Shown here: positions 32,148 to 42,927 of the stretch, one piece after another
Numbering within the stretch: the stretch's first letter is position 1
How the letters are laid out: the number at the start of each line of letters is the position of its first letter
NCBI GenBank assembly: GCA_000004695.1
Contig: CM000152.2
Span: forward strand, 4,672,001 to 4,736,000
Length of the DNA: 64,000 nucleotides
Direction: 5' to 3'
DNA from: Dictyostelium discoideum
Lineage: Eukaryota
Translations under genes and position numbers: made by a program
Notes under the pieces: model-generated
Told to the model about the DNA's origin: nothing
Database searches by the model: none
The model's input: the letters and a program-made list of their open reading frames with translations, nothing else

Positions 32148-32607
32148 TATTAATATCTTATTTTTTAAAATAAAAAATTAAAAATTAAAAATAAAAAATA
32201 AAAAATAATTATACAATACCTTTTTGTTTTTGAATTGTGTGCAGCAATCAAAATCATATCAATTTTTAATAATTTAACCTTATTTTTAATTATATGTTTA
32301 ATTGAACCATATTCAATAAAAGTTAAATTTTTAATCTAAATAATTTAATTATTTTTTTATTTTTTTTTTAGTATTTTTTTTTTTTTATAAAAGTAAGTTT
32401 TAAAGGTTTATTATTATTACTTACATGTTTTTTATCTAATAATCTTGTAAAATGTTTCATAACATGTGATGAACGATGTCCAATCCCTCTATAGAATTTA
32501 ACTTTGGCAACAATTATTACCCAATCATTTTCTTTAACCAAATTTAAAACTCTGTAAAAAGCTGAAAAAGATGGTTCTTTATCGTCAATATATACTAAAA
32601 ATTTCAT
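31616..32607 (-). CDS. Universal stress protein (UspA-fold) domain protein with a Ser/Thr/acidic C-terminal tail. Putative three exons: 32425..32607, 32220..32335, 31616..32066.
   Basis: Exon 1 (MKFLVYIDDKEPSFSAFYRVLNLVKENDWVIIVAKV...) fits the N-terminal USP pattern. Exon 2 (...GSIKHIIKNKVKLLKIDMILIAAHNSKTK) fits the central USP pattern (DLIVMGSRG). Donors are CATgtaagt (phase 0) and AAAAAGgtattg (phase 2). The acceptor gattgttag reconstitutes AGA, joining to EFVPLEDYLIPPTG... Junctions are less certain than for other genes. Confidence 0.5.
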
Positions 32608-32830
32608 ATTTTGATTCTTTTATTAATTAATTAAAATGTTTGTGTTTGTGTTTTTTTTTTTTTTATAGTTATTTTTTTATTTTTTTATTTTTTTCTAAAC
32701 AAAAATTATTTTTTTTTATTTTTATTATTTTTTATTATTTTTTTATTATAATTATAAATGAATAGCAATATAAATAAGAAAAATAAAAAAAAAAAGTTTA
32801 TTATAAAATTTGATTATTATAATTTTATTA

Positions 32831-32865
<35 letters not shown>

Positions 32866-34234
32866 TATTCAATTTAAAATTTCTATAATTTAATAGTTTT
32901 TTTTTTTTTTTTTTATTACAATAAAATATATTTTTTATGAATAGTTTTTTTTCTTTAAAGTTTTTTTTTTATTTTTATTTATTTTTATTTTTTATTTATT
33001 TTTATTTTTTTTTTATTTTAAATTAAAAAAATTAATAGAGTTTTTATTTTTTTTTTTTATTAATTTAAATTGACTATTCGATATTTAAAAGGATCGAATG
33101 AAATTAAAATTAATAATATTTTACAATTGGTCAAAAGTGTATTTTGAGTTAACTGGTTAAGTTCTTTTTTTTTTTTTTTTTTTAAAATATTTTTTTTTTT
33201 TTTTTATAAATTTTTTTTTTTTTTTTTTTAATTTTGATAAAAAGGAAAAAAAATAAAAATAAAAAAAAGATAAAGATAAGGTACAGGATATTGAATCTTT
33301 TTTTTATTTTAATTTTTTTTTTTTTTTTATTTTAAATGAAATGAATTATGAAATTGTTTTAATTTTAAAAATCAAAATAAATCTATTATTTATTTTTTCA
33401 ATTTTTAATTATATTTTTTTTATTTTTAATTTTTTTTTAATTTTTTTTTCCCAAAAGAGGAAATTTTAATTTTTTTTTTTTTTTTGAAATTAAAAAAATA
33501 AAATAAAAAATAAAATCAAAATATTTTAAAGCTTTTTATGGTTTGAATTTGGGATTTCTGTTGTTTTTTTCTAATTGACGTTTTAAATTAATAAGGTCAC
33601 TCCCGAATTTTTATTATTCGTTATTGATTTTTTATTTTAAATTACAACAAATTTCTAAAAAAAGTTTTTCTCTTCAAAAAGACCAAAAAAAAAAGCAAAA
33701 AAATATTAAAAATAAAAATAAAAAAAATCAATTATTGTTGATAATATTAAAATTAATATTAATTGTATATTTTTTTCTTTTTTTTTATTTATTTATTTTT
33801 ATTTAAAAAAAAAGAAAAGAATTAATTCTTTTTTTTTATTTTTATTTAAATAATATTTTAATTTTAATTATTTTTTTTATTTATTTTTTTTTATTTTTTT
33901 ACTTTTTGTTGCTAATTACGCGTTCAAAAAAAAAAAAAAGATTCTTTTACAAAAAAAGATATCCCAACTTCCAAAAATATCATTCAGGCACCAAAGTGAA
34001 AGCGAGTGTTTTTTTTTTTTTTTTTTTACCTGTTTTCAAATAAAAGCAATTCCGACAAAAAAAAAAAAAAAAAAAATATCTTGGTGCTTAAAAAAAAAAA
34101 AAAAAAAAAAAATTTTTTTTTTTGAAAATTGATTTGTGGACTTAGTATTTAAATATTTTTTTTTTTTTTTTTTTTAATTTCTATAAAACTTTTAAAAATA
34201 AAATAAAATAAAAATAAATAAATAAATAAATAAA

Positions 34235-35167
34235 ATGAAAATAATTTTATTTTTAATTTTAATTATTTTTTTAATTAATGATTGCCAAGGTTTAAAAAAA
34301 GGTACAACCTTTGGATCAGATCCAAATTCAGATAGTGCGAAGTGTAATGATATCAAAGATTTAAATGTTGCTTGGTATTATAATTGGGATAAAAAACCAA
34401 CATGTAATGCTGGAATTCCAGGTGTTGAATTTATTCCAACTATTTGGGGCAGTGGTTCATTACCAATTGGTAATTTACCAAATGGTTCCGAATGGTTAAT
34501 TGGATTCAACGAGCCAAATTACAATAATCAAGCAAATTTAACACCAAAGCAAGCAGCTGATTTATGGCCACAATTAGAAGCCACTGGCAGAAAATTAGTT
34601 GCTCCAGGTGTCGCTGATTGTGGTCAACAGTTAGGTGGTGGCTGTACTTATTCAACATTGGATTGGTATAGCCAGTTCTTGGGAAATTGTAGCAAATGTC
34701 GTATTGATGCCGTATCACTCCATCTCTACTATTGCAATGCCGATGACATGATGAATAAAATCAATAGCCTTTACCAATTAACAAAGAAACCAGTTTGGTT
34801 AACTGAATTTGCTTGTAACAGTCCCGCCAGTAAAGAAAGTGTTGTAACATTTGCTCAAGCTTTATTACCAAGATTAGAAAATTCAACCCAAGTTGGTCGT
34901 TACAGCTGGTTCATTCCATATTGTGGAGGTTGTGGTGCTGGTGATTTGTTATATAGTTCATTATATAATGATCAATCAGGTAATAAAAATTTAACACCAA
35001 TTGGTCAATATTATTCTAATTTCCAAAGTAATAATGGTGGTGGTAATGGTAATGGTAATGGTAATGGTAGCGATAGTGGTAGTGATGAAACTGGTTCAAG
35101 TTCAAATTTAATCAAATCAACTTTAACTTTTACTTTAATTTTAATTTTAATTTTATTATTATTTTAA
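34235..35167 (+). CDS. Secreted, probably GPI-anchored GH128-type glycoside hydrolase (Glyco_hydro_cc catalytic core).
   Basis: Signal peptide MKIILFLILIIFLINDCQG. Then VAWYYNW...FIPTIWG...WLIGFNEPN...LVAPGVAD...WLTEFAC, a fungal Asl1-like catalytic core. It ends in a Gly/Asn/Ser-rich stretch and a hydrophobic tail (LTFTLILILILLLF). Single exon. Confidence 0.7.
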   Translation: MKIILFLILIIFLINDCQGLKKGTTFGSDPNSDSAKCNDIKDLNVAWYYNWDKKPTCNAGIPGVEFIPTIWGSGSLPIGNLPNGSEWLIGFNEPNYNNQANLTPKQAADLWPQLEATGRKLVAPGVADCGQQLGGGCTYSTLDWYSQFLGNCSKCRIDAVSLHLYYCNADDMMNKINSLYQLTKKPVWLTEFACNSPASKESVVTFAQALLPRLENSTQVGRYSWFIPYCGGCGAGDLLYSSLYNDQSGNKNLTPIGQYYSNFQSNNGGGNGNGNGNGSDSGSDETGSSSNLIKSTLTFTLILILILLLF

Positions 35168-35984
35168 AATTAATTGTATAATAAAAAAAAAAAAAAAAAT
35201 TATTTATTTATTTATTCAATCAAGATTTTTTTTTATTTTTATTTTGTTGTTGGTTGTGTGTTTGAATTAAATAAATTTCTTGAATAATTTTATTTTATTT
35301 TTTTTATTTTATTTTATTAATAAAATTAAAAAAAACCAGTGAAATCAAATTGTTTATTTTTTTTTTTTTCATATAGAATGTAACTTGCTAAATGTGTTGG
35401 GATTTTAATTTTTACTGATTATAAGGTATATTTTTTATTTCAAGTGCATTTAATATTACTATTAATTCACAATTATTTTTCAAGAGAATTCTTGCCACTA
35501 TTTAATACCAAATCTAAAAAAAAAAAAAAAATTGTTCCTATCAATATAAAAAAAAAAAAAAAAAATCAAAAATATCTCTTGGCTTTTAAAATTAAATTAT
35601 AATAAAAAAGAAAACATAAAAAAGATAATAAATTAATGGGAAAAATAATTAGATATTTTATATTATAATAATAAAAAAAAAAATTTTAAAATCACAAAGG
35701 TTTGATTGTTTTTGTGTGAATTTTGATAATTTTAAAAAAACAATCAAACTTTGATGTCATGACCGATGCCCATAATTTTTAAATTTCAAATAATTTTTTC
35801 AATTTGGATATTTAATAATAACAAAAAACAATGAAATTTTTTTGTTTTTAGATATTTTTTTAAAAATGATTAAAAAAAAATAATTTAAAAGCTCTTTTTT
35901 TTTTTTTTTTTTTTTTTCATTTTAAAAACTACCTGTAATATTAATTCATACCTTTTTTTTTAACAAAAACTTTTCAAATAAATA

Positions 35985-36341
35985 ATGTGCAAATTTTCAA
36001 GTGGATGTGGAACAAGTGATTCCAAAAATTGCAAGGCATGTGGTACTGCATTATGTAAAGGATGTTCAAGATCATTAAAGACTGGAAGTAAGTAAAACAG
36101 AACTTACTTAATTTCAATTAAATAAACAATAGTTTTTAAATATCAAAATAAAAAAAATAAAAAAAAAAAAATTGAAACCTTTTTTTTTTTTTTTAAACGT
36201 AAAAAAACAAATAATAAATTGTAATCAAAATTTCATGAAACTAACAATTTTAATTTCATCAAATAACAATTTTTCATCTTAGATCCACCACCAAGTGGAA
36301 ATGGTGCTGCTTGCCCAGACTGCAAGAAAAACTTCAGATAA
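35985..36341 (+). CDS. Unannotated two-exon gene (35985..36087, 36283..36341) for a 53-aa cysteine-rich protein.
   Basis: Protein: MCKFSSGCGTSDSKNCKACGTALCKGCSRSLKTG|NPPPSGNGAACPDCKKNFR. There are 8 Cys arranged in four CxxC pairs. Donor is GGAAgtaagt (phase 1) and acceptor is tttttcatcttag. Both exons are clearly less AT-rich than the flanks. Metallothionein-like or zinc-ribbon-like. Absent from the ORF track because each exon is under 60 aa. Confidence 0.5.
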
Positions 36342-36566
36342 ATTCTTTTTTTCAAATTTAATCTGCCATTATACTATTTTTAAATAAAGATAATTTTTTT
36401 CTTTCTTCTTTTTTTTAAACATTAATTTTTTCTTTTATAATTATTATTGTTTTTTTATATTTTTTTTTTTTTTTAAAAAACTTTATCATTGATATTATTA
36501 TTTATTTTAAAGAGTAGGAAAATTTCTTAAACCAAAATAAAATAAAATAAAATAAAATAAAATAAA

Positions 36567-36610
<44 letters not shown>

Positions 36611-37075
36611 AGATTTAATTAAAAATAGATAAAAACTATTTTTTTATTCTTTTATTTGAAATACATTTTTTTTTTTTTTATAAATAAATGTAATTAAAAT
36701 TTTAATATTAAAATACAAATAAAAAATAATGATAAAAAAAAAAAAAAAAATAAACTATTTCGGCCGATATTTTTTTTTTTAATTTAAATGGTTTTTTACC
36801 GAAGCGAAATCGCCTTTTTTTTATTTTTTAATGGCATTTGGATTGTAAGTTATCATTAATTATTTTTATTTTTATTTTTATTTTTATTATTTTTTATTTT
36901 TTATTTTTTTTTTTTTTAGTAAAGTACTGGGGTTAAACATTTTTTTTTTTTTTTTAATTATTTTTCATTTTTTCACAAAAAAAAAAAAATATATAAATAA
37001 CACAACTTCACTCTTTTTTTATTTTTAATTTTTCATTTCATACCAAAAAAAATAGATAACAAAATTAAAAATAAA

Positions 37076-39232
37076 ATGACAATAACAAGTCCAGTAATTA
37101 AAACGCCACCATTAAATTCAGAGATTAGACTTGAATCAAATTTAACAGTTGAATCAGGTGATATTGAAATTAATGAAAAAGATATTGTAAATGCATCGGA
37201 AGTAATAGTAATTTTAGATGCAGGATCGCAATATAGTAAAGTGATTGATAGAAGAGTTAGAGAATTAAATGTTGCATCAGAAATTCATCCATTAAATATA
37301 GATTTATTAGAATTAATTAAGATTAAATCAAAATCAGGATCAACTATTAAAGGTATAATTATCTCTGGTGGTCCAGAGAGTGTCTATGGTGAGAATGCAC
37401 CAAAATTCGATAAATCATTATTCTCTGAGAAATTAAATTTACCAATATTTGGTATTTGTTATGGTATGCAATTAATGAATTATATATTTGGTGGAAAGGT
37501 TGAAAGTAATTCACAACGTGAAGATGGTGTGCACAATATTGAGATTTTAAAAGATGAAAATCAACAACTTGTTTCAAAACTATTTAAAAATTTAAATCAA
37601 ACCGAGCAAGTTTTATTAACACATGGTGATAGTGTTACAAAGATTGCAGATGGATTTAAAATCATTTGTAAATCAGACGATGGTATTGTATCAGGTATTG
37701 AGAATGAAAGATTGGGCTATTATGGCGTGCAATTCCATCCAGAGGTTGATTTAACTACCAACGGTAAGAAAATGTTTTCAAACTTTTTAATTGACATTTG
37801 TGGTTGTAGTGCAAATTATACATTGGATGATCGTGAACAACAAGCAATCACCTATATCAAATCTATAGTTTCAAATAAAAAAGTATTGGTTTTAGTATCG
37901 GGTGGTGTAGATTCAACAGTTTGTGCAGCATTAATTTCAAAAGCAATTGGTCCTGAAAATGTTATTGCATTACATATTGATAATGGTTTCATGAGAAAAG
38001 ATGAGAGTTTAAATGTTGAAAAGGCATTATCAGTATTGGGTCTACATTTGATTGTTGTTGACGCATCTCAAACATTTTATAATTCAACCACCACTATCAA
38101 AGGCCATTTAACCTCATCGTTGAAAGAAACAATATCACCAGAAGAAAGAAGAAAAATCATTGGTGATACTTTTATGAGAGTTGCAGAGAATGAAGTTAAG
38201 AAATTAGGTTTACAACCAGAGGATGTTTATTTAGCCCAGGGTACACTTCGTCCAGATTTAATTGAATCTTCAAGTAAAACAGTTAGTGGTGTTGCCGATG
38301 TTATTAAAACTCATCATAATGATACAGAATTGGTTAGAATCCTTAGAGATTCAGGTAGAGTAGTTGAGCCATTAAAAGATTATCATAAAGATGAAGTTAG
38401 AGAATTAGGTAAATCATTAGGTCTTTCAGATTCTTTGGTATGGCGTCAACCTTTCCCTGGCCCAGGTTTAGCAATTCGTATCATTTGTGCTGATGAACCT
38501 TATCTAGTGAATTATGATTTTACAAATAATGTCGTGCAATATTTAGTAACCGGTGAAGCTTCCTCAGAGTTGGAATCAGAAGTTAAAATTAAAATTGATA
38601 AACAATTAACAGAGATGAAATGTAAACGTCAAGATAAAATTACAATTAAACCAGTTTTATTACCAATTCAAACTGTTGGTGTTCAAGGTGATGGTAGAAC
38701 TTATTCTTATTTATTAGGTCTTTATAGTTCAGAGAATTCAACAATCGACCAAATTCCTTGGTCTTATATTTTCAATTTAGCTAGAACTATACCAAAGATT
38801 TGTCATAATATAAATAGAGTGGTTTTCATTTTCTCTCAAAATGCTACTAAACATACAAATATTAAAGTTTCAAATGAACCAGTTAAACATATCACACCAA
38901 CTCGTTTAACTCCTGATGTTATTAAACAACTTCAACATGCTGATTCAATAGTTTCAGAACAACTCTATAAATATAATTTAATTAAATCACTATCCCAAGT
39001 TCCCGTTGTATCATTACCAATAGATTTCGGTGTTACAGGTAATAGATCAATCGCAATTCGTACTTTTATTACAAATGATTTCATGACTGGTGTTCCTGCG
39101 ATTCCTGGTAAAAATATTAGTTTCGATTGTTTACAAGAAATTACAAATAATATTTTAACTTCTGTAAATGGTATTTCAAAAGTTTTATTTGATTGTACTT
39201 CAAAACCACCTGGTACTACTGAATTCTTATAA
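37076..39232 (+). CDS. guaA: GMP synthase [glutamine-hydrolysing], long eukaryotic type.
   Basis: The 718-aa single exon has a class-I GATase domain (ILDAGSQYSKVIDRRVRELNV, PIFGICYGMQLM with catalytic Cys, GVQFHPEV), an ATP-PPase (VLVLVSGGVDSTVCAAL) and the long C-terminal dimerisation domain typical of human GMPS. Confidence 0.9.
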   Translation: MTITSPVIKTPPLNSEIRLESNLTVESGDIEINEKDIVNASEVIVILDAGSQYSKVIDRRVRELNVASEIHPLNIDLLELIKIKSKSGSTIKGIIISGGPESVYGENAPKFDKSLFSEKLNLPIFGICYGMQLMNYIFGGKVESNSQREDGVHNIEILKDENQQLVSKLFKNLNQTEQVLLTHGDSVTKIADGFKIICKSDDGIVSGIENERLGYYGVQFHPEVDLTTNGKKMFSNFLIDICGCSANYTLDDREQQAITYIKSIVSNKKVLVLVSGGVDSTVCAALISKAIGPENVIALHIDNGFMRKDESLNVEKALSVLGLHLIVVDASQTFYNSTTTIKGHLTSSLKETISPEERRKIIGDTFMRVAENEVKKLGLQPEDVYLAQGTLRPDLIESSSKTVSGVADVIKTHHNDTELVRILRDSGRVVEPLKDYHKDEVRELGKSLGLSDSLVWRQPFPGPGLAIRIICADEPYLVNYDFTNNVVQYLVTGEASSELESEVKIKIDKQLTEMKCKRQDKITIKPVLLPIQTVGVQGDGRTYSYLLGLYSSENSTIDQIPWSYIFNLARTIPKICHNINRVVFIFSQNATKHTNIKVSNEPVKHITPTRLTPDVIKQLQHADSIVSEQLYKYNLIKSLSQVPVVSLPIDFGVTGNRSIAIRTFITNDFMTGVPAIPGKNISFDCLQEITNNILTSVNGISKVLFDCTSKPPGTTEFL

Positions 39233-39307
39233 AAAAAAAATAAAAAAATAAAAAAATAAGTAAAAAAAAAAAGAAATATAATTTTTGGGTTTATAATTTT
39301 GTTTTAT

Positions 39308-40233
39308 TTATAATAATTTAATGAAATCAAATGTTTGAACATCATTTGTGTTTGTGATAGATTTGAAAGTGATGACAATGTTGCCAGATTCGAATGACCA
39401 TGACCAATATCCACTCAAGTTTGCATCATGTTTGATTACAATTGTATGATTTGAAGTTGCTTCTTGAACTGCTTCTAAAATCATTTCATCTGAACAACGT
39501 TTTGCAAGATTTGCAGCAACTTTTTCAACAATACCTGCAAAGATATGACCGAAACTATTCTTTAAATCATCAGCAACTTTTGGATAAACTTCTTGTAATG
39601 ATGTTTCATCAATTGACCAATCAGCTGATGATTTTAATGCTTTTTTGACAGCTGCTAAATTATCTTTCATTTTTTGTTCATTTGTTTTAATATTTAAACG
39701 AGTGCTTAAAGTGTAAACACCTTGAGTTGGAATAATTGTTTCTAATTTAAAAGTATTTACATCATTTGTGTTGCAAATCTTTGGACGGAATAAAATTTGA
39801 CAATCACCATTTTCAAATTGGAATTTCCAGTATGATGATAATTTTTCATCAGCACAAATAAAAACAAATTTCTTATTTGGAACAGCTGCTAAAAATGCTT
39901 CTTTAATTAATGGATCGGCTCCGACTTTAGCCATGTTTTTAGCAAGATTACCAACTACATCTTTATAAAAGATACTACCACAACTATTTGTAACCCAAGA
40001 GTCATTACATTTTGTAATAATATCTTCAAAATCAAATTCAATAGCAAAAGCTTCACCTAATGATTTTTCAATTGCAGCTAAATTTGTTTTTAAAGATTCT
40101 TCATTATCTTTTAATGATTTTCTAAAAATTTAAAAAAAGTTTGAATAAATATTTTAAATATTAAATATTAAATATCTTTTTTTTTTTTTAATTTTATTTT
40201 TAATAAATACCTTGAAGTTAAAGCGAGAGGCAT
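39308..40233 (-). CDS. Uncharacterised 278-aa protein with an internal two-fold repeat; copy A of a tandem gene pair. Two exons: 40211..40233 and 39308..40121.
   Basis: Exon 1 (MPLALTS-R) ends at an AGgtattt donor; a ttttag acceptor reconstitutes AGA. Exon 2 reads KSLKDNEESLKTNLAAIEKSLGEAF...MAKVGADPLIKEAF...YWKFQFENGDCQILFRPKICNTNDVNTFKLE...(second half)...YWSWSFESGNIVITFKSITNTNDVQTFDFIKLL. The two halves are homologous. No family assigned. Confidence 0.65.
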
Positions 40234-41357
40234 TTTGGGTTAATAGTTTATTTTTTTATTTATTTATTTTTTTTAAATAAGAGTTTATTATTTTTTAATG
40301 TTTGATCGAATGATTTTTAAAAAAAAAACATAGTGCTTTTATATTAAAAAAAATGAAATGGATCAGGGAAATTAGAAAAAAAAAAGATTTGAAAAAACAG
40401 AAACAATTTGAAATGGAAAATAATCAAAAAATAAAATATCTTTTGGGATATTTTTTTTTTTTTTTCTAATTTTTTTTTAGTTTTTTTTTTTTTTTTTTAA
40501 TCTTTTAATTGATTAAAAAGAAAAAAAAAAAAAAAATAAAAGAATTAAATTAGTTTTTTTTTTTTTTTAAATGATATTAATAATTATTTAAATTAAATTG
40601 ATTAGAAAGAAAAAATTAAAGATATATTTAATATCAATAAAAAAGGTGAAATAAAATATAATTTGAAATTTAATTTTTTTTTATTTTTGTATTTACAATA
40701 GCTTATTTTAAAGTTTTTTGAATAAGGACGAAATTTATGAATTATCCATTTTAAATTCCAACACGAGTAAAGGTTTCCACCAAAGTATGTGTATATATCT
40801 TTACTTCAGATAATAAGGAAACATTATTATTTAATTGAGATGTTCCAGTAATTATAGTTCCTGATATATAATTGGTTTGTGAAACATTTTTGATATTGTT
40901 AATTGAATTAAATGATTCTATTATTTTTTAAAATTTTTTTTTTTTTAAATTAGTTTATAATTTAATATTATTAAATCTTTATTTTTCTTTAATTTTTTTT
41001 TTTTTTTTTAATTAAAACTTACTAAATAACATTTTATAATTTTTTATAATTTAAACTAAAATAGTACTTTTATTGTAATGAATTAGTTTGAAAATAATTT
41101 TTCATTTTATAGTTTTTTTTTTTAAGTACTAAGTAATTTTAATTTTTTTAAAATTTCCTTAAAAAATTATCTATTATAAATTATGAATCTGTTATCATTT
41201 TTATTTTTAAAATATTGTCAAAAAACCACAACTCATCTTTTAATAATTTTTAAGTGTTAAAAGATTTTAAAAAATTTAAAAAAGTTGAAAATAAAAATAT
41301 TTTTGTATTTTGTGGTAAATGTGATAATTTTAAAAAATTAATTTTTACAAATTTTAT

Positions 41358-42263
41358 TTATAATAATTTAATGAAATCAAATGTTTGAACATCATTTGTG
41401 TTTGTGATAGATTTGAAAGTGATGACAATGTTGCCAGATTCGAATGACCATGACCAATATCCACTCAAGTTTGCATCATGTTTGATTACAATTGTATGAT
41501 TTGAAGTTGCTTCTTGAACTGCTTCTAAAATCATTTCATCTGAACAACGTTTGGTAAGATTTGCAGCAACTTTTTCAACAATACCTGCAAATATATGACC
41601 GAAACTATTCTTTAAATCATCAGCAACTTTTGGATAAACTTCTTGTAATGATGTTTCATCAATTGACCAATCAGCTGATGATTTTAATGCCTTTTTAACA
41701 GCTGCTAAATTATCTTTCATTTTTTGTTCATTTGTTTTAATATTTAAACGAGTGCTTAAAGTGTAAACACCTTGAGTTGGAATAATTGTTTCTAATTTAA
41801 AAGTATTTACATCGTTTGTGTTGCAAATCTTTGGACGGAATAAAATTTGACAATCACCATTTTCAAATTGGAATTTCCAGTATGATGATAATTTTTCATC
41901 AGCACAAATAAAAACAAATTTCTTATTTGGAACAGCTGCTAAAAATGCTTCTTTAATTAATGGATCGGCTCCGACTTTAGCCATGTTTTTAGTAAGATTA
42001 CCAACTACATCTTTATAAAAGATACTACCACAACTATTTGTAACCCAGGAGTCATTACATTTTGTAATAATATCTTCAAAATCAAATTCAATAGCAAAAG
42101 CTTCACCTAATGATTTTTCAATTGCAGCTAAATTTGTTTTTAAAGATTCTTCATTATCTTTTAATGATTTTCTAAAAATTTAAATAAATATAATTAGTTA
42201 CAATTTATTTTAATAAATTAAAAATAAAAATAATAATTACCTTGAAGTTAAAGCGAGAGGCAT
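41358..42263 (-). CDS. Copy B of the tandem gene pair, 2050 bp from copy A. Two exons: 42241..42263 and 41358..42171.
   Basis: The exons are about 99% identical in nucleotide sequence to copy A, with two Ala-to-Thr replacements (NLAK to NLTK in both repeat halves) and a few synonymous changes. The 69-nt intron is unrelated in sequence to copy A's 89-nt intron. Confidence 0.65.
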
Positions 42264-42927
42264 TTTGGATTAATTTTGATTATTATTATTAATATTATTA
42301 TTAATTTAAATATGTTTTTTGAATTTATTGAATGATTTGGAAAAAAAAAAAAAGAAATTTAATTTATACAAAAAAAAAAGAAAATAATTAAGATTATTAT
42401 TTAAAAAAAAAAAGAAGAAAATAAAAAAATAAATAAAAAACAAACAATTAAAAAACTTTTTAGAAATGATTTGGAAAGGAGGATTTTTAAGATATTTTCA
42501 AAAAAAAAAAAAATAAAAAAAAAAAATGAAAAGAGATATTTTTAATAATTGAACGATTTTTACAATAAAGAAAGGTAAAGTTTGTGCGCTTTGAAATTTA
42601 AAATGGATTTCTAATTGGAATTAAAGAAGAAAAAAACAATATAACCAGGTAATTGGTCACGATCAGTCATAAAAAAAAGAAAATAATAATCTGTTTATCC
42701 TTTTTTTTTTTTTTTAGTATTTTTTTTTCATAAATTTTGATTTTTTTTTTTTTTGGGTTTTTATCAATATTATTTAAAAAATAAAAATAAAAATAAAAAA
42801 AAAATTTGGAGATTTGTTTTTTTAAAAATGAATTAAAAAAAACTGAAAGAAACGTTTCGTTTTTACCTTATTTTCGTGAAAAAAAAAAAAAAAAAAATAT
42901 ATTTGCATGTGAAAAAAAATAAATAAA

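Noticed and set aside
32068-32219. Reading the USP gene as unspliced (MIVREF... as an independent start)
   Set aside because: The upstream exons carry the USP N-terminal and central motifs and have canonical GTAAGT donors. MIVREF is an internal Met reached in frame via the gattgttag acceptor. Junction confidence is only moderate.
40745-40920. Third look-alike of islands A and B between the tandem gene pair
   Set aside because: Only short motif resemblance (GTTTCCACCAAAG / GTGTATATAT) was found. It is too weak to call a homolog without a real alignment, so it is mentioned only as a possibility.
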